Of a stretch of DNA of 64,000 bases, positions 38,085 to 46,889 are shown in pieces. A program made the position numbers and the translations under genes. Source of the stretch: a virus; IMG/VR virus record IMGVR_UViG_3300032087_002755. One strand, 5' to 3'. Numbering within the stretch: the stretch's first letter is position 1; every line of letters begins with the position of its first letter. The notes beneath the pieces were generated by a model. The model was not told the origin of the DNA. It did no database searches and was given only the letters and a program-made list of their open reading frames with translations.

Positions 38085-38894
38085 ATGGCATCAGGAAATC
38101 AAAACGTCAAAACACCTACAGGTTGGAATGCAACACGTGGTGCATGGGTAAAAACACCAGCTGGTTGGAATGCAGTAGACCAAATATATGTAAAAACACC
38201 TTCAGGGTGGAATAATGCATCAGGACAAGAATTAACACAAATTCCATATCCTTACATTGCAAATGCTCAGAATCCTTATATTGCAGATGCACAACAACCG
38301 TATATTGCAAATGCACAACAACCATATATTGCAGATGCAAGACAACCGTCAACCTATCAACATAGGTCACCATTTACTTATCAAAACCCAAGTAATGCTA
38401 GACAACCTTCTACATATAGTCATAGGTCACCATTTACTTATCAAAACCCAAGTAATGCTAGACAACCGTCAACCTATCAACATAGGTCACCGTTCACTTA
38501 CAGAAATCCTGTAAATGCACAAGAACCTAATATAAGAAATAGACAGTCACCGTTCACTTATAGTGCTAGATATCCTGCGAATGCTCAGAGTCCTAGTAAT
38601 AAACAGTCACCATTTACATATAGTGCAAGGTATCCTGCGAATATTAGACAACCTAACAGTGCAAGGAACCCGTTCACATACAGAGTTCCATATATTGCTA
38701 ATGCTAGACAACCTAACAGTGCAAGGAATCCGTTTACATATCGTGTTCCATATATTGCTAATGCTAGACAACCTAACATTGCAAGGTCACCGTCAATCTA
38801 TAACTATAGATTCCCAATGGTGTACTTCTATCAAACTGGTGGAGGAAATTTCTTACCACAGGGAGATGGTACGAAGAACGTGGGAGCTCTATAA
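38085..38894 (+). CDS. Pro-punctuated repeat protein, strand B, with N-terminal (VKTPxGWN)x3 anchor
   Basis: 27 units, residues 55-244, in reverse length order to 37421. Confidence 0.8.
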   Translation: MASGNQNVKTPTGWNATRGAWVKTPAGWNAVDQIYVKTPSGWNNASGQELTQIPYPYIANAQNPYIADAQQPYIANAQQPYIADARQPSTYQHRSPFTYQNPSNARQPSTYSHRSPFTYQNPSNARQPSTYQHRSPFTYRNPVNAQEPNIRNRQSPFTYSARYPANAQSPSNKQSPFTYSARYPANIRQPNSARNPFTYRVPYIANARQPNSARNPFTYRVPYIANARQPNIARSPSIYNYRFPMVYFYQTGGGNFLPQGDGTKNVGAL

Positions 38895-38910
38895 TCTCAT
38901 TCACAAATTT

Positions 38911-38936
38911 AAAAGGGACTTTCGAGTCCCTTTTTT
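38911..38936 (+). terminator. Rho-independent terminator after the A/B repeat genes
   Basis: AAAAGGGACT-TTCG-AGTCCCTTTTTT. Confidence 0.9.
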
Positions 38937-38954
38937 GTATCCTAAATACATTGT

Positions 38955-40529
38955 ATGAAAAACTTGAAATACTATACAGAAGTTTTAGAAGAACTCAAAC
39001 CCGAAGATTGGGACTTTAAAACACTAACTACACAAGAATTATATCAAAAAGAAGATTATCACTTCGGTGCTTTTAATGATATACGAACCATAGACAAAGA
39101 TACTGAAGTATATAAATCCTTTAAATATGTCTTTGAGAACATTATACCACCCACAAAAATCATTAAGTGGGGAGATATTTTAGAATTACGTAAGAATAAA
39201 ACATTCATAGGATTCCAAGGAACTTCATTGGAAGCCATGCATTATCACAAATATTTACCACACGTATATACCGACAAAGAGAGAACTGGTAAACAGATAG
39301 GAAATATGGATTGTAAGACACCTGATGGTGAATATGCAGATATTACGGAATTCACACCTCTATTAACACAAGAACAGAAAGACCAAGACCATATAGGTAT
39401 ATCATTAAACTCTATGTATTATCATAGTGCAAAAGCACATTGGTTGGTTCAAAGTATACAAGAAGAAGGATTACGACACCCTATACAAGGAGTGACATTT
39501 AAAGTTGACGATAGATTTGGTTTTAGAATCCACCCAGGCTCTATTAGGTCTAAAGTGTTTGAAGAATTAGAAGACCCAAATTTCGAAATATTTGCAACAG
39601 ATATACACGATATCTTTGATTCAAAACCTTTGACTTGTGACGAGGTGTTAGAATATTGGTGTAAGAAACTAGAAGAGAGAAAAGATACTATCGGTAATTA
39701 TAACATGTCAGTAACACTATGTAATGGAAACATAGAATACAACCATGCATTAATGGATTTAGACTTTCGAAAAGAAGTTTGGGAACATAGTAAAAAAGCA
39801 ACACTTCAATCCAAAGGTAAACCTCTCAACATTTACATTGGGTATGATAGTAGCCATGGAGACTTACATGAAGTTAGTAAAGATTCAATTCTCAAAACTC
39901 TGAGTAACCAACACCTTGGACACTTAATTAAAGAAACAGAGTGGAAACCTGAGATTAAGTTTCTTGACATTTCCAAACTTCCCGATTATAATAGAGAGTA
40001 TGCAAATCAATCTACTGAATTTACTTATAGTAGATTCTTAATTCCACATTTAGAAAATTATGAAGGTTATAGTATTTTTATGGATAATGATTTCATATGG
40101 AGAAAATCTATACTACCTTTATTCTATTATTTGAACTTAGATGATGCAGTTGCATGTATTCAATACAAACAAATAGAACACGATGAAACCAAGTTTAATG
40201 GTGAGGTTAATATAGACTATCCGAAAAAACTATGGTCAAGTCTTATGGTATTCAATAATGGACATGAAGACTGTAAGAAATTAACACCCGAAGTAGTAAA
40301 CACTTGGACTGGAAAACAATTACACCAGTTTGAATGGACTGATAAGATTAGTAAAATACCCGAAAAGTATGTCTTTACTGAGGGGTATGATGACCCTGAT
40401 GAGAAATGGGATTATCATGGTATCCATTATACAAGGGGAGGCCCATGGGTAAAAGACATGGATTATTCCAACATAAATAACTTAGATGACTGGTTAACTG
40501 CAAAAACCAACTTGCAAAAAAACCAATAA
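38955..40529 (+). CDS. Fusion: ParB/Srx-like N-terminal region + GT-A glycosyltransferase (GT8-like)
   Basis: IYIGYD, STEFTYSRFLIP, FMDNDF (DxD), YPKKLWSSLMVFN, HYTRGGPW; N-term SIQEEGLRHPI...IHPGSIR. Confidence 0.82.
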   Translation: MKNLKYYTEVLEELKPEDWDFKTLTTQELYQKEDYHFGAFNDIRTIDKDTEVYKSFKYVFENIIPPTKIIKWGDILELRKNKTFIGFQGTSLEAMHYHKYLPHVYTDKERTGKQIGNMDCKTPDGEYADITEFTPLLTQEQKDQDHIGISLNSMYYHSAKAHWLVQSIQEEGLRHPIQGVTFKVDDRFGFRIHPGSIRSKVFEELEDPNFEIFATDIHDIFDSKPLTCDEVLEYWCKKLEERKDTIGNYNMSVTLCNGNIEYNHALMDLDFRKEVWEHSKKATLQSKGKPLNIYIGYDSSHGDLHEVSKDSILKTLSNQHLGHLIKETEWKPEIKFLDISKLPDYNREYANQSTEFTYSRFLIPHLENYEGYSIFMDNDFIWRKSILPLFYYLNLDDAVACIQYKQIEHDETKFNGEVNIDYPKKLWSSLMVFNNGHEDCKKLTPEVVNTWTGKQLHQFEWTDKISKIPEKYVFTEGYDDPDEKWDYHGIHYTRGGPWVKDMDYSNINNLDDWLTAKTNLQKNQ

Positions 40530-40540
40530 TAGTATATAAT
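40512..40540 (+). promoter_or_regulatory. Sigma70-like promoter (TTGCAA-17-TATAAT) upstream of oxygenase genes
   Basis: -35 at 40512-40517, -10 at 40535-40540. Confidence 0.5.
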
Positions 40541-40557
40541 GAATAGAGGAACAAAAT

Positions 40558-41118
40558 ATGAATGCATTAATATATAACCAAGATAGTAGACTTACTATAA
40601 GAAAACCTAACGGATTAGAGTGGGATTACGATAATGTTGATAAGCCTGATTTAGGATTTGATTATGAGGTGTTGATATATGAAGACATTGAAGTAAAAAT
40701 ACTTAAATGGGAAGACGGAAAGTGTTTTGACGACCAAGAGAAAGAACCTATATCTGATTCTGAAAAAGATGCAATCGAATTGTATATTGATAATGCAGAA
40801 CCACCTTTAGGTTATAACTTAAATACACAATTTATCAATAGACTTGAAAGTGTAGTAATTGATTATACAAATTCCACTGCACAACAATACGGTATGTATG
40901 ATTTAAATTATGCAAATATTGCTGGAAGAGAGGGGTCTAATCACCCTAGACGTGCAGATGCAAGAAGAACATTAGAATATTTTGATGCAATTTGGTCAGT
41001 GTTTGAAACTGTTGCAAATGAGATTCAGCAAACAAGAGAAGATACTTTAAAACCATTAGACGATTATCTTGCAGCGTTCCCCGACCCAATGGTAACACCC
41101 GATTCAAGAACAGGTTAA
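40558..41118 (+). CDS. Hypothetical protein (possible fibre assembly chaperone-like)
   Basis: Clean ORF with RBS GAGGA; helical C-terminal half. Confidence 0.6.
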   Translation: MNALIYNQDSRLTIRKPNGLEWDYDNVDKPDLGFDYEVLIYEDIEVKILKWEDGKCFDDQEKEPISDSEKDAIELYIDNAEPPLGYNLNTQFINRLESVVIDYTNSTAQQYGMYDLNYANIAGREGSNHPRRADARRTLEYFDAIWSVFETVANEIQQTREDTLKPLDDYLAAFPDPMVTPDSRTG

Positions 41119-41121
41119 TGC

Positions 41122-41868
41122 ATGGAACTCATTTACCATGATGAGTCCTTCAAGTTACAAGACATAGGATTCCCACTTAAAGACATTCACATTGTTGATA
41201 ATTGGTTACCTGTACAAATACACCATTGGATTGATAATACATTTTCTAGAAATCAAATATGGTCTAAACAAAACCAAGTGAATGCTGGTAGTCCTACTGG
41301 ATTACCTCATCATCAGTTTTGGGGTGTTGGACTCTTTGACGCTGGACGGAGTGGAAAGAAGTATGAATATCCTAATTTTGCAAAAGAGATGCACGAAGAT
41401 TCTTGGTCTGAGTTATATGATTGTAGAGCAGTCGCAAGATATTTAGATAGAAAATTACAAACAGACTTTGGTTTTAAGTGGGAAAGATTTCAATACATGG
41501 GACTGAATTCACAAACACAAGGTTTACACGGAACAACACATGCAGATTGTGAAGATGAAGATGAGTGGAATCTATCGTTTTTATATTATACCAATAAGTT
41601 TTGGGAGAAACATTGGGGAGGCCCTTTGAGAATATATGACGAAATGCAACAGGGTTTACATGGTCGTGCAAATCATATAAAGAATCACCAAATTGCAGAA
41701 ATAGAATTTAAACCAAATAGATTGTTAATATTTGACGGAAGAATACCACATGGTGCAGATGCACCTACACCCGAGGCACGTTATATGGACAGAAAGTCCA
41801 TAGTTATTAGAGGCGATGAAATTAGACTGGTAGAAGATGAGGAGTTTTTTAAACAATGCCCACGATAG
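41122..41868 (+). CDS. 2OG-Fe(II) oxygenase (prolyl-4-hydroxylase-like)
   Basis: HxD (HAD), LYY.N..W...WGG.L, FKPNRL.IFDG.IPH, distal R.S. Confidence 0.85.
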   Translation: MELIYHDESFKLQDIGFPLKDIHIVDNWLPVQIHHWIDNTFSRNQIWSKQNQVNAGSPTGLPHHQFWGVGLFDAGRSGKKYEYPNFAKEMHEDSWSELYDCRAVARYLDRKLQTDFGFKWERFQYMGLNSQTQGLHGTTHADCEDEDEWNLSFLYYTNKFWEKHWGGPLRIYDEMQQGLHGRANHIKNHQIAEIEFKPNRLLIFDGRIPHGADAPTPEARYMDRKSIVIRGDEIRLVEDEEFFKQCPR

Positions 41869-42752
41869 AATTTAACACATATAACGAACAAACACTTAAA
41901 GATGTAAAACCCGTTCTTGCAAAATCTGTTTCACCCGATTGGTGGAAACAGATGAAATTTAGTGAATATAATCGTGGAAATCTAATAACAACTATTCGTG
42001 CATGTCCAGCTATGGACGATTGGTTAAAAAGTGGTTGGTATTTACTTGCAAACAGAGATATGATTGTTAAGAATGGTAGTATTACAGATTCAGATGACGA
42101 TGATGAAATTTATATGTCAACACATGAATTTGGTGAAGGTTATGAACACCCTTCACCAGCACACCCTAGTGGTCAAATGGGATATGCATTTCAATATATT
42201 CCTGATGACGAAGCACCAATAAGGGGTGCATTTAAGTTTAGAAATCCATGGAATATTACAACACCGCCTGGATATTCTTGTTTATATCTAGACCCATTTC
42301 TATTTCAAAATAAATTCTTTGCAACATGGCAAGGTATTATTGATACAGACAAGTTTAATGCAAACTATGATAATGCACAAGTAATATTCTATCCTCGTGT
42401 TGGACATTCATTCGTTATACCAAAAGGAACACCTCTTTGTCAAATTATACCATATAAAAGAGAAGAATGGCAAGCCACATACCTTACGTATAAGTCTAAT
42501 GATTGGACAAAGAATAGAAGTCATATTACTAGTAACCGTGAAAATAAAACTATGGACGAGTTTTCAAGAGACCCAGCAACTTCTGATGAATATAGAAAAA
42601 ATGAAATGACAGTTGGTGGTTATCGTGGTGGTAATTTACATTCTAATAAAGGTAAACTATATAAACAAGAGAATCCACCACCCGAGTGTCCTTATCATGT
42701 AAGTGAGGATTCACCCGAAATACAATTGGAGTTAAACTTAAAAGATGATTAG
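41856..42752 (+). CDS. Conserved hypothetical protein often found beside phage oxygenases (DUF6065-like)
   Basis: TIRACP...D, KF.NPW.I.TPPGYS.L, GIIDTD, IPKGTPL.QIIP..RE.W. Confidence 0.65.
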   Translation: MPTIEFNTYNEQTLKDVKPVLAKSVSPDWWKQMKFSEYNRGNLITTIRACPAMDDWLKSGWYLLANRDMIVKNGSITDSDDDDEIYMSTHEFGEGYEHPSPAHPSGQMGYAFQYIPDDEAPIRGAFKFRNPWNITTPPGYSCLYLDPFLFQNKFFATWQGIIDTDKFNANYDNAQVIFYPRVGHSFVIPKGTPLCQIIPYKREEWQATYLTYKSNDWTKNRSHITSNRENKTMDEFSRDPATSDEYRKNEMTVGGYRGGNLHSNKGKLYKQENPPPECPYHVSEDSPEIQLELNLKDD

Positions 42753-43461
42753 ATTATTATTCCCATATGTCTGTATTGAAAGAGACCTTTTAAAAGAAGG
42801 TGCAATCAGTGAAGACTATATTAAAATTCTCAAAGACGCTGTGGACGGAATGAGAAAGAAAGACACAGTTGGTAGAAGTATTTCTAATCAATACACTGGT
42901 TGGCAGTCAAATGATGGTTGTGAAAGTCACCCAGCATTTCAAAAAATAATGAGGATAATTAAAAACACTTTTGATACTGAATTATTAGATTGGAATGGAC
43001 TTGATAGAGGACAGGTTCAACTAACAATGGGTAATTCATGGGCAAACATAAACGACAATACAGCATGGAATGCTCCACACTTACACAATGGTTGTTGGTA
43101 TAGTGGTGTGTTCTATATCCATGCAGATGGAGACGAAGGAGACTTTATAGCAGTTGATAAAGACCCAAAAGTGGTATCAGACTTTCCACATTCACCAAGA
43201 GAACAAGCAAATTTTAAAGTATCACCAACAACTGGTACATTGTTTCTATTTCCAAGTGGTTTGATGCATATGGTGGAACCCAATATGACTCAAAAAGATA
43301 GATATAGTATTTCCTTCAATATGAATGTCACCTACTTAACTGCTGGTCTACAAGCTAGATTAGGGAATCCTAAAGGATATCACCCCGATGAACTTACTTT
43401 TACTACAGACGAAGACGGGAAATTAGTTCATTTATTTCCACAATTAAACAGTAACGACTAA
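42745..43461 (+). CDS. Putative 2OG-Fe(II) oxygenase (TIGR02466-like)
   Basis: GWQS, SWANIN, N.PH.H, SGVFY, LFPS.L.H.V.PN, RYSISFN. Confidence 0.85.
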   Translation: MIRLLFPYVCIERDLLKEGAISEDYIKILKDAVDGMRKKDTVGRSISNQYTGWQSNDGCESHPAFQKIMRIIKNTFDTELLDWNGLDRGQVQLTMGNSWANINDNTAWNAPHLHNGCWYSGVFYIHADGDEGDFIAVDKDPKVVSDFPHSPREQANFKVSPTTGTLFLFPSGLMHMVEPNMTQKDRYSISFNMNVTYLTAGLQARLGNPKGYHPDELTFTTDEDGKLVHLFPQLNSND

Positions 43462-43482
43462 TCGACTTTCATAAATACTGGT

Positions 43483-43743
43483 ATGGAAATAGTAGTATCA
43501 CCTTATATCTTGTGGAATGTCATTATGACAGTCGTAATCCTACCCATAGGTTTCTTAGTTAGAAATGTTCTATCAGAACAAAAAAGAATTGATATCTTAA
43601 TCAATAAAACACGTGAAGAAATTGCAAGAGATTATGCAACAAGAGAACAGATTGAAGCTGATTTTCAAAGAATTTTGGACTCAATCAACAATATAGATGC
43701 AAAGATAGACAGACTGCAAAACAAAACGTATTTCCAAGATTAA
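43483..43743 (+). CDS. Small protein, N-terminal TM + coiled coil
   Basis: LWNVIMTVVILPIGFLV; L.N.TREE.A..Y. Confidence 0.7.
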   Translation: MEIVVSPYILWNVIMTVVILPIGFLVRNVLSEQKRIDILINKTREEIARDYATREQIEADFQRILDSINNIDAKIDRLQNKTYFQD

Positions 43744-43749
43744 AATCGT

Positions 43750-43757
43750 TATAAATA
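43750..43757 (+). promoter_or_regulatory. Late promoter TATAAATA (gp13)
   Basis: Exact consensus. Confidence 0.75.
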
Positions 43758-43779
43758 GTAGTATAACAGGAATACTACT

Positions 43780-44595
43780 ATGGCAGAACCAAATTCAAAA
43801 GCAACCTTTAAAGAGTATATAAAAAGAAAACTTGGAGCTCCTGTTCTAGAAATCAACGTGGACGATGACCAATTTGACGATAGAATGGACGAAGCACTCC
43901 AGTATTTCCGTGAATATCACTACGATGGTTCGATAAAAACATATCTTAAACACCAAATCACTCAGGCAGAGATTGATTCATTTAAAACGAATGAAACTCA
44001 TAATGCAGCGACAACTGGAACACAAGCAATCTCAGGTCAAACTTATGGAGAAGGTCAAAACTACATTACACTACCCGAGCATGTGTTAAGTGTAATCAAT
44101 ATTTTCCCTTTCAATTCGGGTCAGACTTCAAGTATGTTTGATATTCAGTATCAATTAAGATTAAATGATTTATGGGATTTAACGTCAACGAGTGTTTTAT
44201 ATTACTCACAAGTTCAATCACACCTTTCAATGTTAAACGACATATTGGTAGGTCAGATACCTATTAGATATAATATGCACTCTAACAGACTCTACATGGA
44301 CTACAGTGCAAGTAAATTGAGTGCTGGTGAGTATATCATTATTGAGTGTTATAGAAAATTAGACCCAACAGATATGACTGATATCTACAATGATATGTGG
44401 TTGAAAAAATATGCAACTGCATTAGTTAAGTATCAGTGGGGTGAAAACTTATCGAAGTTTTCGGGTATTGCACTTCCAGGCGGGGTAACACTTGACGGTT
44501 CTGCAATGAAACAAGAAGCACAAGACGAGATAACTAAATTAGAAGAAGAATCCCGACTGAATTTTGAGATGCCAGTCATGGATATGATGGGGTAA
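43780..44595 (+). CDS. gp13: Neck protein
   Basis: RKLGAPVLEINV, EYHYDG, WLKKYATAL.K.QWG.NL.KF....LPGGV. Confidence 0.93.
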   Translation: MAEPNSKATFKEYIKRKLGAPVLEINVDDDQFDDRMDEALQYFREYHYDGSIKTYLKHQITQAEIDSFKTNETHNAATTGTQAISGQTYGEGQNYITLPEHVLSVINIFPFNSGQTSSMFDIQYQLRLNDLWDLTSTSVLYYSQVQSHLSMLNDILVGQIPIRYNMHSNRLYMDYSASKLSAGEYIIIECYRKLDPTDMTDIYNDMWLKKYATALVKYQWGENLSKFSGIALPGGVTLDGSAMKQEAQDEITKLEEESRLNFEMPVMDMMG

Positions 44596-44599
44596 TTGA

Positions 44600-45442
44600 A
44601 TGCCTACAAATGTATTTTTTAACCATGCAGTAAATACTGAACAACACCTTTATGAGGATTTGGTTGTTGAGTCACTTAGAATGTATGGTCATGAAACTTA
44701 TTATCTACCAAGAGAGATTGTAGAAGAGGATTCTATACTAGGAGAAGACGTACAATCAACTTTTGGTGATGCATATTCAGTTGAAATGTACTTAGAAAAT
44801 ACTGAAGGTTTCGAAGGAGAAGGAGACCTCATGTCTAAGTTTGGTGTCCAAGTAAGAGACCAAGCTACCTTTGTTCTTTCTTTGAGAACATGGGAGAGAT
44901 TCATATCATTAGACTCCAATCTTGCAACATCACTAAGACCCAATGAAGGAGACTTAATATACTTCCCTCTTAGTGGTTCAATGTTTGAAATCAAATTCGT
45001 AGAACACGAAGACCCATTCTATCAAGTTGGAAAACTATTTGTATTTAAATTACAGTGTGAACTATTTGAATATAGTGGAGAAGATTTTGATACTGGTACA
45101 GGTGCAGACTTAATAGAACTAGACCAAGCATATTCATTAGGATTGACAATGAATGGTACAACAGCATACAATATTGGTGAGAACGTAACTAAAGGTGGAG
45201 TTGTGGTTGGTGAGGTTCAGACCTCATTAGGTAATGCAACCACACTTATACATAATTCTGCAACACTTACAGTTGGAGATACACTTGTTGGTGTAGATTC
45301 GGGTGTATCAGATACAATTGCAGCTATCAATGACGTATTGAATATGAACAACGATGGTTCTGCACAAAACAAAGACTTCGAAGATAAAGCAGATAATTAC
45401 TTAGACTTCTCAGAGACGAACCCTTTCGGTGAGGTTACGTAA
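44600..45442 (+). CDS. gp14: Neck protein
   Basis: EQ.L.EDL..ES..MYG...YYLPR, SKFG, RPNEGDLIYFP, FYQ.GK, DFSE.NPFG. Confidence 0.93.
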   Translation: MPTNVFFNHAVNTEQHLYEDLVVESLRMYGHETYYLPREIVEEDSILGEDVQSTFGDAYSVEMYLENTEGFEGEGDLMSKFGVQVRDQATFVLSLRTWERFISLDSNLATSLRPNEGDLIYFPLSGSMFEIKFVEHEDPFYQVGKLFVFKLQCELFEYSGEDFDTGTGADLIELDQAYSLGLTMNGTTAYNIGENVTKGGVVVGEVQTSLGNATTLIHNSATLTVGDTLVGVDSGVSDTIAAINDVLNMNNDGSAQNKDFEDKADNYLDFSETNPFGEVT

Positions 45443-46479
45443 TGTTTGGAACACATTTTTATAATGAAACAATTAAGAGAGCCGTGTCTATCTTTGGAAC
45501 ACTGTTTAATAATATTACATTAAAGAAAACAAAGGAAGACGGAACTGTATTAAGTATAGTTAAAGTTCCTATATCATACGGCCCAAAACAAAAGTTCCTT
45601 GAAAGACTACAAGAAGAACCAAACCTTTCTGATAATAATAGAAGTGCAATATCATTACCAAGAATTGCATTCGAACTTGGTGGTTTTGAATATGACCCCA
45701 CAAGACAACAAAACAAATTAATAAGACATTCAAAATCTGAATTAGATGCAGATAATGTAAAACGTTCTTATCAATACAATCCAGCACCATACAATTTAAA
45801 CTTTACACTTAGTATTCTTGCAAAGAATATGAATGATGCATTACAGATTGTAGAACAAATTTTACCATATTTTCAACCCGAATATACAGTCACAATGAAA
45901 ATGATTGACTCTATGTCAGATACTAGAGACGTTCCAATAACACTGAATAGTGTTGCAATGGAAGACACATATGAAGGTGGATTTGAAGAAAGACGTGTTA
46001 TTGAATACACACTAGAATTTACTATGAAATTATACTTCTTCGGCCCTGTTTACACTGGAAACATTATTAAGAGTGTTATTGAGAGAGAATACATTAACAC
46101 TGGTAATGCAAGTTTCACAACTTCAGAAATTAATTCAAGTGGATTGGTCAAAGAGGTTAAACATTATGAACCTGCGTTTGCAGAGATATGTAATGCAGTG
46201 TCAAACTCCACAACAATCACTTTTGCAAATGCAATAAATACAAAGATAAGTGTAAATGACGAAGTATTTGGAACAGGAAATGCAACCAATCCAACAGTAT
46301 CTTCAATTGCAAGTGATAAATTATCAATCGTAGTGTCAAGTGCAGTTACAATAGATGCAAACACTACACTTAAATTTGTAGGTTCAGTAGACCCAACAGA
46401 TACATTCGTTGTTGCAGAAACAGTGACATTTTATGATGACGGTGCTAAAGAAAGCTTTAGTGAAACCAATGACAATTAA
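45442..46479 (+). CDS. gp15: Tail sheath stabiliser / completion protein
   Basis: FY.ETI....IFG.LFN, VP.SYGPK.KFL, LPR, QI.EQILPYFQP. Confidence 0.93.
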   Translation: MFGTHFYNETIKRAVSIFGTLFNNITLKKTKEDGTVLSIVKVPISYGPKQKFLERLQEEPNLSDNNRSAISLPRIAFELGGFEYDPTRQQNKLIRHSKSELDADNVKRSYQYNPAPYNLNFTLSILAKNMNDALQIVEQILPYFQPEYTVTMKMIDSMSDTRDVPITLNSVAMEDTYEGGFEERRVIEYTLEFTMKLYFFGPVYTGNIIKSVIEREYINTGNASFTTSEINSSGLVKEVKHYEPAFAEICNAVSNSTTITFANAINTKISVNDEVFGTGNATNPTVSSIASDKLSIVVSSAVTIDANTTLKFVGSVDPTDTFVVAETVTFYDDGAKESFSETNDN

Positions 46480-46481
46480 AT

Positions 46482-46889
46482 ATGACAAAAGAACCAATAG
46501 ATGATAAGTTAAATTCTCTCTTAGATATTAACACCAGTCTCAAAAAAGAAACTGCAGTAGTCAAACTACCCTCTAGAGCAGAGAACATGGAAACGGACTA
46601 TAGATATGCTCGTGAGAACCTCTACAACCTCGTAGAGAGGGGTCAAGATGCAATCGATGGAATACTTGAACTATCCAAAGAAACCGAACACCCACGTGCA
46701 TATGAAGTCGCAGGACAGTTGATAAAGACTGTAGCCGATACTGCAGAGAAACTACTAGACGTTCAGAAAAAAATTAAAGATTTAGAAAAAGAGGACGAAC
46801 AAAGAATAGGTAAAGTTGAAAATCACCTATACGTTGGTTCTACTTCAGAACTGCAAAAGTTTTTGAAGAAAGAAAAGAAAAATGACTGA
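46482..46889 (+). CDS. gp16: Terminase small subunit
   Basis: DY.Y.RENLY.L.E.G, HPRAYEV.GQLIK, VGST.ELQK. Confidence 0.92.
   Translation: MTKEPIDDKLNSLLDINTSLKKETAVVKLPSRAENMETDYRYARENLYNLVERGQDAIDGILELSKETEHPRAYEVAGQLIKTVADTAEKLLDVQKKIKDLEKEDEQRIGKVENHLYVGSTSELQKFLKKEKKND

Noticed and set aside
37480-38800. CRISPR array or diversity-generating retroelement in the repeat region
   Set aside because: Repeats are in-frame coding units with synonymous variation and no unique spacers; no cas or reverse transcriptase gene and no adenine-specific TR/VR pattern seen
37421-38894. DNA inverted repeat or sense/antisense coding as the cause of the mirror pattern
   Set aside because: Both genes use the same-strand vocabulary (e.g. 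FTYRVP and YIANARQP in both); the antisense frame of A does not encode B
37421-38894. RiPP precursor with repeated core peptides
   Set aside because: No leader, protease or transporter; the exact mirrored register and fibre context favour a structural role (not fully excluded)
37604-38958. Alternative-frame ORFs 37604-, 38116-, 38257+, 38563+, 38585-
   Set aside because: By-products of repeats lacking stops in other frames; no RBS or promoter
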